A stretch of DNA of 64,000 nt from Squalus acanthias (taxonomy: Eukaryota): positions 372,001-436,000 of the forward strand of contig JASTWF010000367.1 in the NCBI GenBank assembly GCA_030390025.1, read 5' to 3'. Under the pieces are notes generated by a model. That model made no database searches. It was not told the DNA's origin and saw nothing but the letters and a program-made list of their open reading frames with translations. Each line of letters starts with the position of its first letter. The stretch's first letter is position 1. Positions 63,535 through 64,000 of this stretch are shown here, one piece after another. Made by a program: the position numbers and the translations under genes.

Positions 63535-64000
63535 GGAGCAGGTGATGTGTTACTGTTGCGAGATGTAGGAGCCGGTGGACCCCATTGAGGTTCACGGTGA
63601 TTACATCTGTGACAATTGTCTGCTGCTATAGGAACTCCAGCTCCGTGTTGATGAGCTGGAGTCTGAGCTTCAGATACTGCGACACATCAGGGAAGGGGAG
63701 AAGTACCTGGACTCTGTGTTTCAGGAGGTGGTCACACCTATGAAGTTAATTAATTCAGATGTAGCCCATGGTCAGAGTCAGGACGGGGTGACTCGAGTGA
63801 GGCAGGTACGGGTATCCAGGAGGTAGTGTTGGAGGAGCCGCAGCCCTTGCTCTTGTCCAAAAGTTTCGAGGTTCTTACTCCCTGTGGGGACAGGAGCAGG
63901 GACTGCAGGGAGGATTAGCAACCTGGCCACAGCACCGTGGAACGGGGGCCATTCAGGTGGGGGGAGTAAATAGAAATGGTTTAGTGGTAGGGGATAGTAT
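63535..64000 (+). mobile_element. CR1 ORF1 region (zinc finger/leucine zipper leading to esterase VVGDS), decayed; related minus-strand piece at 60505-60830
   Basis: C..C..M, YICDNC, LRVDELESELQIL, ends LVVGDS at the window edge. Confidence 0.65.

Overview
Vertebrate genomic DNA, most consistent with a cartilaginous fish (inferred from the LINE/SINE types, two-exon GPR139-like genes and NLR style); no prokaryotic features, CRISPR arrays or intact RNA genes were found. In order: a disrupted Ser/Thr/Pro-rich mucin-like tandem-repeat exon (1-4075); an 8.35-kb LTR provirus (7164-15514); a 26-bp satellite; two tandemly duplicated, broken GPR139-like 7TM genes flanking a decayed Harbinger transposase; and a minus-strand CARD-CARD-NACHT-LRR gene (60945-40075) with a disrupted NACHT exon. 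All of this sits among L2, CR1 and other LINE fragments and minisatellites. The standout is the provirus: ~1.2-kb LTRs, a tRNA-Arg-like PBS inside a U5/leader stem, a decayed gag with zinc knuckle and PSAP late motif, a pol gutted by two deletions that keeps a retroviral-type RNase H tail, and a single long intact ORF, an env joining an Ig-like domain to an F-type class I fusion protein whose transmembrane anchor lies in another frame. All calls were made by eye; no database search was run.
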